Assembly: GCF_042660085.1 (NCBI RefSeq)
Contig: NZ_JBHSTI010000008.1
Location: forward strand, 330,001-362,000
Source: Longivirga aurantiaca
GTDB taxonomy: Bacteria > Actinomycetota > Actinomycetes > S36-B12 > CAIYMF01
DNA length: 32,000 nucleotides
Reading direction: 5' to 3'
Shown here: positions 1 through 7,552 of the stretch, piece after piece
How positions within the stretch are numbered: position 1 is the stretch's first letter
Layout: the number at the start of each line of letters is the position of its first letter
Made by a program: the position numbers and the translations under genes
The notes under the pieces: model-generated
The model's input: the letters and a program-made list of their open reading frames with translations, nothing else
Told to the model about the DNA's origin: nothing
The model's database searches: none

Positions 1-2
1 GC

Positions 3-605
3 GTGATGGCCGGGCTGGGTGCCGCCATCAACACCGGCAACGTCGGCCGCGGCGACACCGTCGCCGTCATCGGCTGCGGCGGCGTCGGCGACGCCGCGAT
101 CGCAGGCTCCCTGCTCGCGGGCGCCCGCACGATCATCGCCGTCGACATCGACGACCGGAAGCTCGAGACCGCCAAGAAGTTCGGCGCCACCCACACGGTC
201 AACTCGCGCACCGTGGACGCCGTCGAGGCGATCCGCGAGGCCACCGGCGGCTTCGGGGCCGACGTCGTCATCGAGGCGATCGGCCGCCCGGAGACGTACG
301 AGCAGGCGTTCTACGCGCGCGACCTCGCCGGCACCGTCGTGCTCGTCGGCGTGCCCGACCCGTCGATGAGGATCGAGCTCCCGCTCATCGAGTTCTTCGG
401 CCGCGGCGGCGCGCTCAAGTCGAGCTGGTACGGCGACTGCCTCCCCTCCCGCGACTTCCCCATGCTGATCGACCTCTACCTGCAGGGCCGTCTCCCGCTC
501 GGCGACTTCGTGTCCGAGACGATCGGCATCGGCGACGTCGAGGCCGCGTTCGAGAAGATGCACCACGGCGACGTGCTGCGCTCCGTCGTGGTGATGGGGT
601 CGTGA
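3..605 (+). CDS. S-(hydroxymethyl)mycothiol dehydrogenase / zinc-dependent alcohol dehydrogenase, C-terminal part (5' truncated by window edge)
   Basis: NAD-binding Rossmann segment [49 protein letters not shown]. Stop codon overlaps the GTG start of a downstream MBL-fold gene, the arrangement known for mycothiol-dependent formaldehyde dehydrogenase loci. Confidence 0.85.
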   Translation: MMAGLGAAINTGNVGRGDTVAVIGCGGVGDAAIAGSLLAGARTIIAVDIDDRKLETAKKFGATHTVNSRTVDAVEAIREATGGFGADVVIEAIGRPETYEQAFYARDLAGTVVLVGVPDPSMRIELPLIEFFGRGGALKSSWYGDCLPSRDFPMLIDLYLQGRLPLGDFVSETIGIGDVEAAFEKMHHGDVLRSVVVMGS

Positions 606-1228
606 CCGCGAAGGTCGAGCGGCTCGTCACGAGCGGCGTCTTCAGCCTCGACGGCCAGGACTTCGACGTCGACAACAACGTCTGGCTGATCGGCGACGAG
701 TCCGAGGTGGTCGTGATCGACGCCGCGCACGACTCCGGCGCGATCATCTCCGAGGTCGGCGGACGACGCGTCGTCGCGATCATCTGCACGCACGGCCACA
801 ACGACCACATCACCGCGGCGGCCGACGTCGCAGCCGCCACCGGCGCCGAGATCAGGCTCCATCCGGACGACACGATGCTGTGGGACGTCGTCCACCCCGG
901 GGTCGAGTTCACGCCGCTGGCGGACGGCGACGCGATCGAGGTCGCGGGCACGAGCCTGCAGGTGCTGCACACCCCGGGCCACTCGCCCGGCGGCGTCTGC
1001 CTCTACGCACCCGACCTCGGCGTCCTCGTGTCGGGAGACACCCTCTTCCACGGCGGCCCGGGCGCCACGGGCCGGTCGTTCAGCAGCTTCCCGACGATCC
1101 TCGGCTCCATCCGCGACCGGCTTCTCACGCTGCCCGCCGGCACCCGTGTCCTGACGGGCCACGGCGACGAGACGACGATCGGCGCCGAGGCGGACGACTA
1201 CGACGCGTGGGTCGCGCGCGGCCACTGA
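602..1228 (+). CDS. MBL-fold metallo-hydrolase (mycothiol pathway associated)
   Basis: HGHNDH metal-binding motif, HTPGHSPGG and [12 protein letters not shown] overlap with the upstream dehydrogenase. Confidence 0.9.
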   Translation: MTAKVERLVTSGVFSLDGQDFDVDNNVWLIGDESEVVVIDAAHDSGAIISEVGGRRVVAIICTHGHNDHITAAADVAAATGAEIRLHPDDTMLWDVVHPGVEFTPLADGDAIEVAGTSLQVLHTPGHSPGGVCLYAPDLGVLVSGDTLFHGGPGATGRSFSSFPTILGSIRDRLLTLPAGTRVLTGHGDETTIGAEADDYDAWVARGH

Positions 1229-1337
1229 CGGCAACCCGGCACCGGGTAGGGCGCGTCCGCTGCATCGGGGACGCCCCCTCGCTCATCCCGACCCGAGGTG
1301 GGCGGGGACCGGTGCCGGACGGGGTAGCCTCCGAGAC

Positions 1338-1691
1338 GTGGAGATCCTGTTCAAGATCCTTGTCGTCCTGCACTTCGTCGGCCTCGCGAGCCTGCTCGGC
1401 GGCTTCCTCGTGCAGATGAGCACCAAGCCGCGCGGCATCAACAACGCGATGCTGCACGGCGTCCTGACCCAGGTGGTCACGGGCATCGCGATAGTGGGGA
1501 TCATCTCCGCAGACCTCCTTGAGGACGAGACGGTCGACAACAGCAAGATCGGCGTGAAGCTCCTGATCGCGCTCTTCGTGCTCGGCGCCGTCCTCCTCGG
1601 ACGTCGCAAGCCCGCCGACGAGCAGCAGCCCTACTGGGCCGCCGCGGGTGCGTTGACGCTGGTCAACGTCATCGTCGCCGTCTTCGTCTAG
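1338..1691 (+). CDS. Small integral membrane protein, unknown function
   Basis: 117 aa with several hydrophobic helices (ILFKILVVLHFVGLASLLGGFLV..., VVTGIAIVGIISADLL, LLIALFVLGAVLLG, WAAAGALTLVNVIVAVFV). GTG start. Confidence 0.7.
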   Translation: MEILFKILVVLHFVGLASLLGGFLVQMSTKPRGINNAMLHGVLTQVVTGIAIVGIISADLLEDETVDNSKIGVKLLIALFVLGAVLLGRRKPADEQQPYWAAAGALTLVNVIVAVFV

Positions 1692-1709
1692 GCGGTCCGA
1701 GCGCCCGGT

Positions 1710-1739
1710 TTGGGCGATCCCGGACCCCGGGCCTAGACT
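1710..1739 (+). promoter_or_regulatory. Candidate promoter for rplY (TTGGGC - 18 bp - TAGACT)
   Basis: -35-like TTGGGC at 1710-1715 and -10-like TAGACT at 1734-1739, about 200 bp upstream of rplY. Confidence 0.35.
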
Positions 1740-1948
1740 CATGGGGCTCCCCGGCGAGGGTGCGCCGGCCGCGAGGCCAGCGTGTCGTGATCGACGCGGA
1801 CCGCGCGGTTGCTGCGCGCCCGCATCTGTCACTGCCGAGGCGCCGACCGCCCCCGCCGCGAGGCGCGGCACCCCACGTTGCACGTGGCCTCCCCGGCCAC
1901 GAACCCCTGCGTGCTGCGCATCTCACGCGTGCAGCCCGCGAACGACAG

Positions 1949-2404
1949 ATGGAGACACCAGTGACCCAGGTCAGCATCACGGCTGAGCCTCGTTCGGACT
2001 TCGGCAAGGGTGCGGCCCGCCGCTCCCGCCGCGCGGGCCTCGTGCCCGCCGTCATCTACGGCCACGGCCAGGAGATCCAGCACGTCGCCCTCCCGGACCA
2101 CGACCTCGCCCTCGCCCTGCGCAAGCCGGGCGTCGTGCTCGAGGTGACGTTCGAGGGCAAGACCGTCCTCGCCGCCCCGCGCGACGTCCAGCGCGACCCG
2201 GTCCGCCGCATCCTCGAGCACGTCGACCTCGTCGTCGTGTCGAAGAAGGAGGCCGAGGCGATCGCCGTGGCCGCCGAGGAGCACGCGGCCGAGCTCGCCG
2301 CCGAGGACGCCCACATGCTCGAGGTCGGCACCGCCGAGACCACCGAGGACGTCGAGGGCGACGCCGCCGAGGCTGCGGCTGCGGCCGAGACCACCGAGGC
2401 CTGA
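1949..2404 (+). CDS. rplY: 50S ribosomal protein L25 / general stress protein Ctc
   Basis: METPVTQVSITAEPRSDFGKGAARRSRRAGLVPAVIYGHGQEIQHVALPDHDL... is typical of the L25/Ctc N-terminus, with an acidic C-terminal tail. GTG at 1961 is an alternative start. Confidence 0.92.
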   Translation: METPVTQVSITAEPRSDFGKGAARRSRRAGLVPAVIYGHGQEIQHVALPDHDLALALRKPGVVLEVTFEGKTVLAAPRDVQRDPVRRILEHVDLVVVSKKEAEAIAVAAEEHAAELAAEDAHMLEVGTAETTEDVEGDAAEAAAAAETTEA

Positions 2405-2494
2405 GCCCCACCCAGCATTTCCCGAGCGCCCCGCACCCACCCGGTGCGGGGCGCTCGGCATGAGCGGGCGCTCCGCGCGTCCGGATGAGGGAGG

Positions 2495-3085
2495 ATGCAC
2501 GGCGTGAGCACCGAGACCGCGCCCTGGCTCGTCGTCGGGCTGGGCAACCCGGGCCCGGACTACGCCGACACCCGGCACAACGTCGGCCAGCTCGTCGTCG
2601 ACGAGCTCGCGGCCCGGTGCCGCGGGAAGTTCGCGGGCCACAAGCGCGCCCGGGCCCAGGTGGCCGAGGAGCGGCTCCAGGGCCAGCGCGTGATCCTCGC
2701 CAAGCCGTCGTCGTACATGAACGAGTCGGGCGGCCCGGTGAAGGGCCTGCTCGACTTCTACAAGGTGCCGCTCGAGCACCTCGTGGTCGTGCACGACGAG
2801 CTCGACATCCCGTTCGCGGCTCTGCGGCTCAAGCTCGGCGGCGGCGACAACGGGCACAACGGGCTGAAGTCGGTACGCCGGTCCACGGGCACCGGCGACT
2901 GGTACCGCGTGCGCGTCGGCATCGGCCGCCCGCCGGGCCGGCAGGACCCCGCCGACTTCGTGCTCAAGCCGTGGGGCTCGGTCGAGCGCAAGGAGCTGCC
3001 GCTGCTCGTGGTCGAGGCTGCCGACGCCGTCGAGCTGCTGGTGCACGAGGGCCTCGAGCGCGCCCAGAACCGGTACCACGCGTGA
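2495..3085 (+). CDS. pth: Peptidyl-tRNA hydrolase
   Basis: [71 protein letters not shown]. Directly downstream of rplY. Confidence 0.97.
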   Translation: MHGVSTETAPWLVVGLGNPGPDYADTRHNVGQLVVDELAARCRGKFAGHKRARAQVAEERLQGQRVILAKPSSYMNESGGPVKGLLDFYKVPLEHLVVVHDELDIPFAALRLKLGGGDNGHNGLKSVRRSTGTGDWYRVRVGIGRPPGRQDPADFVLKPWGSVERKELPLLVVEAADAVELLVHEGLERAQNRYHA

Positions 3086-3891
3086 GCACCGACGACGCCG
3101 TCCTCTCCCGCGCGATCGCGCGCGAGGCGGGGGCGCTCGTCGTCGGGATCCGTGAGTCGTACGGCGAGATCGAGCGGAGAGACCGCGCGCGCATCCGGGC
3201 CCTGTGCGACCTCGCCGACCGCGAGGCGCACCTCCTGATCGAGCAGCGGCTGCGCGACGCCCGGCCCGACGACGCGCTGCTCTCGGAGGAGGGCGACGGC
3301 GACCTCGCCAGGCTCGACGCCGACCGCGTGTGGATCGTCGACCCGCTCGACGGCACGTGGGAGTACGGCCAGGGCCGCGCCGACTTCGCGGTGCACGTCG
3401 CGCTGTGGAGCCGAGCCGCAGACGCGGCCGGTGCCCTGTCCGCCGGCACCATCGACCTGCCGGCGCAGGGCCAGACCTGGTCGGTGCTCGACGACGTCGT
3501 GGACGGTCCGGCGGCTGCGCTGCCGGTGGGCCGGCCGGTGCGCGTGGTCGTGTCGCGGTCTCGCGAGCCGCAGGACCTCGACCGCGTCGTGCGCGGGCTG
3601 CGGTCGGGTCTCGGCGTCGACGTCGAGGTGCTCCATGTGGGCTCGGTCGGCGCGAAGGCCGCGGTCGTGCTGCGGGGCGAGGCCGAGCTCTACCTGCACG
3701 ACGCCGGCTTCCACGACTGGGACCTGGCCGCGCCGCTCGCCGTCGCCCTGCACCGGGGCCTCGTCTGCCTGTCGCCCGAGGGTGACGGATTCAGCTTCAA
3801 CGGCCGCTCGACCGTGCAGCCCGGCATCGTGATGGCCACGCCGTCCGTGGCGCCGGCCGTACGCGACCTGCTGGGGCTGCCCACCCCCTGA
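3082..3891 (+). CDS. cysQ: 3'(2'),5'-bisphosphate nucleotidase / inositol monophosphatase family protein (CysQ-like)
   Basis: [34 protein letters not shown] and [12 protein letters not shown] metal-binding motifs. GTG start overlaps the pth stop (GTGA). Confidence 0.85.
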   Translation: MSTDDAVLSRAIAREAGALVVGIRESYGEIERRDRARIRALCDLADREAHLLIEQRLRDARPDDALLSEEGDGDLARLDADRVWIVDPLDGTWEYGQGRADFAVHVALWSRAADAAGALSAGTIDLPAQGQTWSVLDDVVDGPAAALPVGRPVRVVVSRSREPQDLDRVVRGLRSGLGVDVEVLHVGSVGAKAAVVLRGEAELYLHDAGFHDWDLAAPLAVALHRGLVCLSPEGDGFSFNGRSTVQPGIVMATPSVAPAVRDLLGLPTP

Positions 3892-3895
3892 AACC

Positions 3896-3938
3896 GATCG
3901 ATCCGTCGCTTCCCGGGGTGGGAAGCAACGGATCGATC
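3896..3938. terminator. Intergenic hairpin, likely bidirectional terminator
   Basis: GATCGATCCGTcGCTTCCC-ggggt-GGGAAGCaACGGATCGATC: 19 bp arms with one mismatch, between convergent genes. Confidence 0.65.
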
Positions 3939-3971
3939 AGGGTGAGCGTGCGGGGTGGGCCCGCGGAAGCG

Positions 3972-4277
3972 TCAGGCGCTGAGAATGTCGGCGGGGTGCG
4001 GCAGCGGGGCGCGCAGCGCCTCCACCGAGGCCGCGACGTAGCCGAACGCGCGCAGGCGCGCGATCTCGCTGGCGTGGTCGTCGGCGAGCACCGAGACAAG
4101 TCCGGCGTCGACGCCGAGCTCGCGGGCCTCGAGCACGAGGCCGAGCACGCGCGGCGTGTGCGAGACGATGCCGTCCTCGGCCACGGCGTGGGCCAGCGCG
4201 TCGAGGTCGATGCGGTCGGCGGTGGCCAGGCGGGTGACGGTGGCGACCGTGCTCGTCGTGGTGGTGATGGCGTCCAT
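3972..4277 (-). CDS. Hypothetical protein, 101 aa
   Basis: ORF MDAITTTTSTVATVTRLATADRIDLDALAHAVAEDGIVSHTPRVLGLVLEARELG..., divergent from the LysR gene. A TATAAT hexamer lies about 93 bp upstream on the minus strand. Confidence 0.55.
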   Translation of the reverse strand: MDAITTTTSTVATVTRLATADRIDLDALAHAVAEDGIVSHTPRVLGLVLEARELGVDAGLVSVLADDHASEIARLRAFGYVAASVEALRAPLPHPADILSA

Positions 4278-4369
4278 GTCGACCTCCGTCTCGTGCGGGC
4301 GAGTGGTCCTCGCTGGCTACGCCCCTGACGGTACGCGGAATTCTGCATAAGGAAAAACGACTGCTGTTG

Positions 4370-4375
4370 ATTATA
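4370..4375 (-). promoter_or_regulatory. Candidate -10 hexamer TATAAT for the 3972-4277 ORF
   Basis: Perfect TATAAT on the minus strand in an AT-rich stretch of an otherwise very GC-rich region. No strong -35. Confidence 0.35.
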
Positions 4376-4376
4376 G

Positions 4377-4395
4377 TCATCGCGAATACTTATGA
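4377..4395. promoter_or_regulatory. Candidate LysR-type operator TCAT-N11-ATGA
   Basis: TCAT CGCGAATACTT ATGA in the divergent gap immediately upstream of the LysR-type gene; fits the T-N11-A rule for LTTR boxes. Confidence 0.45.
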
Positions 4396-4401
4396 GACGC
4401 T

Positions 4402-5352
4402 GTGACCGTGAGCACACGGCTTCGCGACCTCGAGATCCGTCACCTGACCGCGCTGCGGGCGGTGGTGGAGGAAGGCACCTTCGCCGATGCTGCCGCAGTC
4501 CTCGGCTTCAGCCAGGCCGCGATCAGCCAGCAGATCGCCGGCCTCGAGCGCGCCGTGGGCATGCCGGTTCTCGACCGACCCGGGGGCCCCCGCCCCGCAA
4601 CCCTTACTCCCGCAGGCCGTCTCGTGCTCGGCTACGCGCACCGGATCCTCGACCGGATCGACCAGGCTGCCCGCGAGCTCGACGACCTCGCGTCGGGCAC
4701 CGGCGGTCGGCTGGTGGTGGGCACCTTCCAGTCGGTCTCGGTGCGGCTCCTGCCGCGCCTGATCGCCGCCATGCGCGCCGAGCGCCCCGACGTCGCCATC
4801 GAGATCGTCCCCGGCGAGCTCTTGCCCGAGCTGGCGGGCCTGCTCATCGAGGGCGACGTCGACGTCACGTTCCTCGACCAGCGCGTGAAGCATCCGGACG
4901 TCGCGGTGCAGGTGGTGCTGCACGACCCCTATGTCGTGGTCACGCGCAGGGACGACCCGGTGCTCGGGCACCTGCGCGGCGGTGCCTACCCGGTGGCCGC
5001 CCTGGGGGAGCGGCCGATCCTCGGCCCTGAGCCGCACCACGCGCACGCGCAGACCGAGGCGTGGCTCGCGCAGCACGGCGTCGTGCCGCGGTACTCGTTC
5101 CGCACCAACGACAACGGCGCGCTGCAGGCTCTCGTCGCGGCCGGCCTCGGGGCCGCGGTGATGCCGCTGCTCGCCGTCGACGAGTCCGACCCGGACGTGG
5201 TGGTGCTGCACACGCGGCCGAGGATGCCGCCCCGCGACGTGTACGTCGCCCGACGTACCGGTGCGTCGGCGACCGCGGCGGCCGACCGGTTCTACGAGAT
5301 GGCGGTCGGGCTCGGAGCAGGCCGGCTGCTGCAGCTGTCGGCCGAGGCCTGA
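4402..5352 (+). CDS. LysR family transcriptional regulator
   Basis: N-terminal wHTH LEIRHLTALRAVVEEGTFADAAAVLGFSQAAISQQIAGLERAVGMPVLDR, followed by a substrate-binding domain. Confidence 0.93.
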   Translation: MTVSTRLRDLEIRHLTALRAVVEEGTFADAAAVLGFSQAAISQQIAGLERAVGMPVLDRPGGPRPATLTPAGRLVLGYAHRILDRIDQAARELDDLASGTGGRLVVGTFQSVSVRLLPRLIAAMRAERPDVAIEIVPGELLPELAGLLIEGDVDVTFLDQRVKHPDVAVQVVLHDPYVVVTRRDDPVLGHLRGGAYPVAALGERPILGPEPHHAHAQTEAWLAQHGVVPRYSFRTNDNGALQALVAAGLGAAVMPLLAVDESDPDVVVLHTRPRMPPRDVYVARRTGASATAAADRFYEMAVGLGAGRLLQLSAEA

Positions 5353-5397
5353 CGCGCGAGAGCCGGGTCGGCAGGACGCCGACCCGGCTCTCGCGCG
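5353..5397. terminator. Bidirectional terminator-like hairpin
   Basis: CGCGCGAGAGCCGGGTCGGC-aggac-GCCGACCCGGCTCTCGCGCG: perfect 20 bp arms between the convergent LysR and DoxX-like genes. Confidence 0.75.
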
Positions 5398-5404
5398 GAG
5401 TGCG

Positions 5405-5986
5405 CTACTGCAGCCAGCTCGGGGCCTTGGCCTCCCACATGCGGCCGATCCCGAGGTACCGACCGGCATGCACGATCATCAGCAGCATGAGCACCGCGCT
5501 GTAGATGATGTGCTCGTCGAGGATCGGGTTGTTCGAGGCGACGGTGGAGCCGCCCTCGTCGACGTACTTCGCCCACGGGGCGACGGCGAGCCACATGCTG
5601 AGCAGCAGGACCGACGCGCCGATGCACGAGATGCGCATGCCGATGCCGAGCACGAGGCCGACGCCGGCGCCCAGCAGCGCGCCCATGAACAGCCAGTTGA
5701 TGAACGCGCTGGGTGCGGTGGGGGCGAGGCTCGTGAAGAAGTCGTGGAACGGCCCGTTCGGGTTGGCGCCGAACTTCAGGAACCCCGCGGTCGGGTTGCC
5801 CTCGCCGGTCCCGAACATCCAGCCCTTGGCGGTGGCGTAGCCGAACCCGAAGCACTTGTCGAGGAAGGCCCACAGGAACGTGAACCCGATGAGGATGCGG
5901 ATGACTCCTGCCCAGGTCCGTGCCGAGGGCGGCACGAGCAGGTCGTCGGACGTCTGGCCTGTCGATCGATCGATGGTGGTGGACAT
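5405..5986 (-). CDS. DoxX/DoxD-like (TQO small subunit-like) membrane protein
   Basis: 193 aa; WAGVIRILIGFTFLWAFLDKCFGFGYATAKGWMFGTGEGNPTAGFL..., multiple TM helices, C-terminal HIIYSAVLMLLMIVHAGRYLGIG. Confidence 0.8.
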   Translation of the reverse strand: MSTTIDRSTGQTSDDLLVPPSARTWAGVIRILIGFTFLWAFLDKCFGFGYATAKGWMFGTGEGNPTAGFLKFGANPNGPFHDFFTSLAPTAPSAFINWLFMGALLGAGVGLVLGIGMRISCIGASVLLLSMWLAVAPWAKYVDEGGSTVASNNPILDEHIIYSAVLMLLMIVHAGRYLGIGRMWEAKAPSWLQ

Positions 5987-6117
5987 GGCGACCCCCTGGC
6001 CGAATGGCGGCCCGTCCACCGGGGCGAGTCGCCACACCTGTGAGGTGCCCTCTCCCGCGGTCCGACTGGGCGAGGCCACGAGAACCAGGACCAAGGGCTC
6101 CTCGCGCCACATGGTGT

Positions 6118-6149
6118 ACCTGTTCGCACCCGTACGGGTGCGAACAGGT
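6118..6149. repeat. 32 bp perfect palindrome
   Basis: ACCTGTTCGCACCCGT|ACGGGTGCGAACAGGT, flanked by an outer CCACAT (6107-6112) / ATGTGG (6153-6158) complementary pair. Confidence 0.9.
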
Positions 6150-6181
6150 GCGATGTGGAGTACGGCGTGTCGCGCAGCAGT

Positions 6182-6212
6182 ACGGCCCCGCGACGAACGA
6201 TCGCGGGGCCGT
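6182..6212. terminator. GC-rich hairpin, probable terminator of the minus-strand msrA remnant
   Basis: ACGGCCCCGCGA-cgaacga-TCGCGGGGCCGT: perfect 12 bp arms, 14 bp beyond the TAA at 6227-6229 on the minus strand. Confidence 0.6.
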
Positions 6213-6226
6213 CGTCGTGAGAACGG

Positions 6227-6310
6227 TTACAGCGGCAGGAGGGCGATGCCTGTCTCGGCATGGCAGTCGTAGCCGTGCGGATTCCTGGTCGGCGCGAGAT
6301 GCTGCTGGTG
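6227..6310 (-). pseudogene. 3' remnant of a second peptide-methionine sulfoxide reductase A gene
   Basis: Minus-strand translation [27 protein letters not shown] matches the intact MsrA C-terminus in this window ([25 protein letters not shown]). Upstream sequence in the same frame has no MsrA similarity I can see. Confidence 0.75.
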
Positions 6311-6466
6311 GCCGACGGCGATCCAGGCGAGGCCCAGACAGCGAGCCGGTGCGGCAGGAGTCGGCTCGGCTCGGCCCCCATGCGTCGACTGGGGTTCGGC
6401 GCCTCTCGACGAGACTCCGAGCCACGTCAGTAGAAGGCTGTTGCCCGAATGAGGAGGTGTTCCGCT

Positions 6467-6634
6467 ATGGCGAAGGGCTGGCTCCGAAGGACGCGGGACG
6501 ACGGTTGTGAAGCCTCGTGCTGCCCCGAGTGCGATGCCGAAGCCGATACGGCACTGACGTACTGCACCGTCTGCGGGTACGACATCGTGCGGGGGGCCAA
6601 GATCGACCTGGCTCACCCACCCCAGATGATGTAG
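6467..6634 (+). CDS. Small zinc-ribbon-like protein, 55 aa
   Basis: MAKGWLRRTRDDGCEASCCPECDAEADTALTYCTVCGYDIVRGAKIDLAHPPQMM. Two CxxC knuckles (CPEC, CTVC) and a strong Shine-Dalgarno (GAGGAGGTG) 7 bp upstream of the ATG. Confidence 0.6.
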   Translation: MAKGWLRRTRDDGCEASCCPECDAEADTALTYCTVCGYDIVRGAKIDLAHPPQMM

Positions 6635-6684
6635 AGGCCGCCATGGCCTGCGGTCACAGGGACGACAGGACCTGACCGGGGCTC

Positions 6685-7344
6685 CTAGAGGGGTGGCAGC
6701 GCGAGGCCGGTCTCGGCGTGGCAGTCGTAGCCGTGGGGCACCTTGTAGAGGTACTGCTGGTGGTAGTCCTCGGCGTAGTAGAACGGCAGGCCCTCGGCCG
6801 GGCCGAGCTCGGTGGTGATGGGGTCGAAGCCCTTGGCCACCAGCACCTTCTCGTACGCATCCTTGGTGGCCTGCGCGATCTCGGCCTGCTCCGGCGTCGT
6901 CCAGTACAGCGCCGAGCGGTACTGCGTGCCGACGTCGTTGCCCTGGCGGTAGCCCTGGGTCGGGTCGTGGTTCTCCCAGAACACCTTGAGCAGGTCGTAG
7001 GTCGAGACCTGCTCGGGGTCGTACACGACGAGGACGTTCTCCGCGTGCCCGGTGCGCGCGGTGCAGACCTCCTCGTACGACGGGTTCGGCGTGATGCCGC
7101 CCTGGTAGCCGACGGCCGTGGTGTAGACGCCGGGCACGCGCCAGAAGCGCTTCTCGGCGCCCCAGAAGCAGCCGAGGCCGACGTACAGCGACTGCAGGCC
7201 GTCGGGGAAGGGGCCTTCGAGCGGCGTGCCGAGCACCGCGTGGGTCGCGGGCACGGCGAACGGCCGGGTGGCCCGGCCGGGGAGCGCGTCCGTGGGCGTG
7301 ACCATGCGGGTCTTGGCGGAGGAGTCGAACAGCGAGGAGAACAT
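6685..7344 (-). CDS. msrA: Peptide-methionine (S)-S-oxide reductase MsrA
   Basis: [83 protein letters not shown]. Confidence 0.97.
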   Translation of the reverse strand: MFSSLFDSSAKTRMVTPTDALPGRATRPFAVPATHAVLGTPLEGPFPDGLQSLYVGLGCFWGAEKRFWRVPGVYTTAVGYQGGITPNPSYEEVCTARTGHAENVLVVYDPEQVSTYDLLKVFWENHDPTQGYRQGNDVGTQYRSALYWTTPEQAEIAQATKDAYEKVLVAKGFDPITTELGPAEGLPFYYAEDYHQQYLYKVPHGYDCHAETGLALPPL

Positions 7345-7498
7345 GTGCACCAGCCTCTCGGGGGACCGCGGTCGGGGCAACCGCAGGTCCGCACCCTCTG
7401 CAACCGCCGCGGGTCGCGGACCGTTCCCGGCGAGGTGTTACGAGGGTCTGACGTGCTCGCGACGGTGCCGCGCGTGCTCACCGGGTCCCCCGGACGGC

Positions 7499-7523
7499 TC
7501 AACCTGACGCCGAAACTGCCGAT
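7499..7523 (+). promoter_or_regulatory. Candidate sigma28/WhiG-type promoter (TCAA-N15-GCCGAT) upstream of the MCP gene
   Basis: TCAA at 7499-7502, 15 bp, GCCGAT at 7518-7523; consensus is TAAA-N15-GCCGATAA. Located 30 bp upstream of the MCP start codon. Confidence 0.5.
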
Positions 7524-7552
7524 CCTCAACGAGGGATATCGGGAGGGGACAG

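Noticed and set aside
2485-3081. N-terminal extension of the CysQ-like ORF through pth
   Set aside because: Out-of-frame reading of pth; the real start is GTG 3082 overlapping the pth stop.
6118-6149. 32 bp palindrome as an actinobacterial LexA/SOS box
   Set aside because: The consensus orientation is CGAAC-N4-GTTCG; here GTTCG and CGAAC are in the everted order with the wrong spacing.
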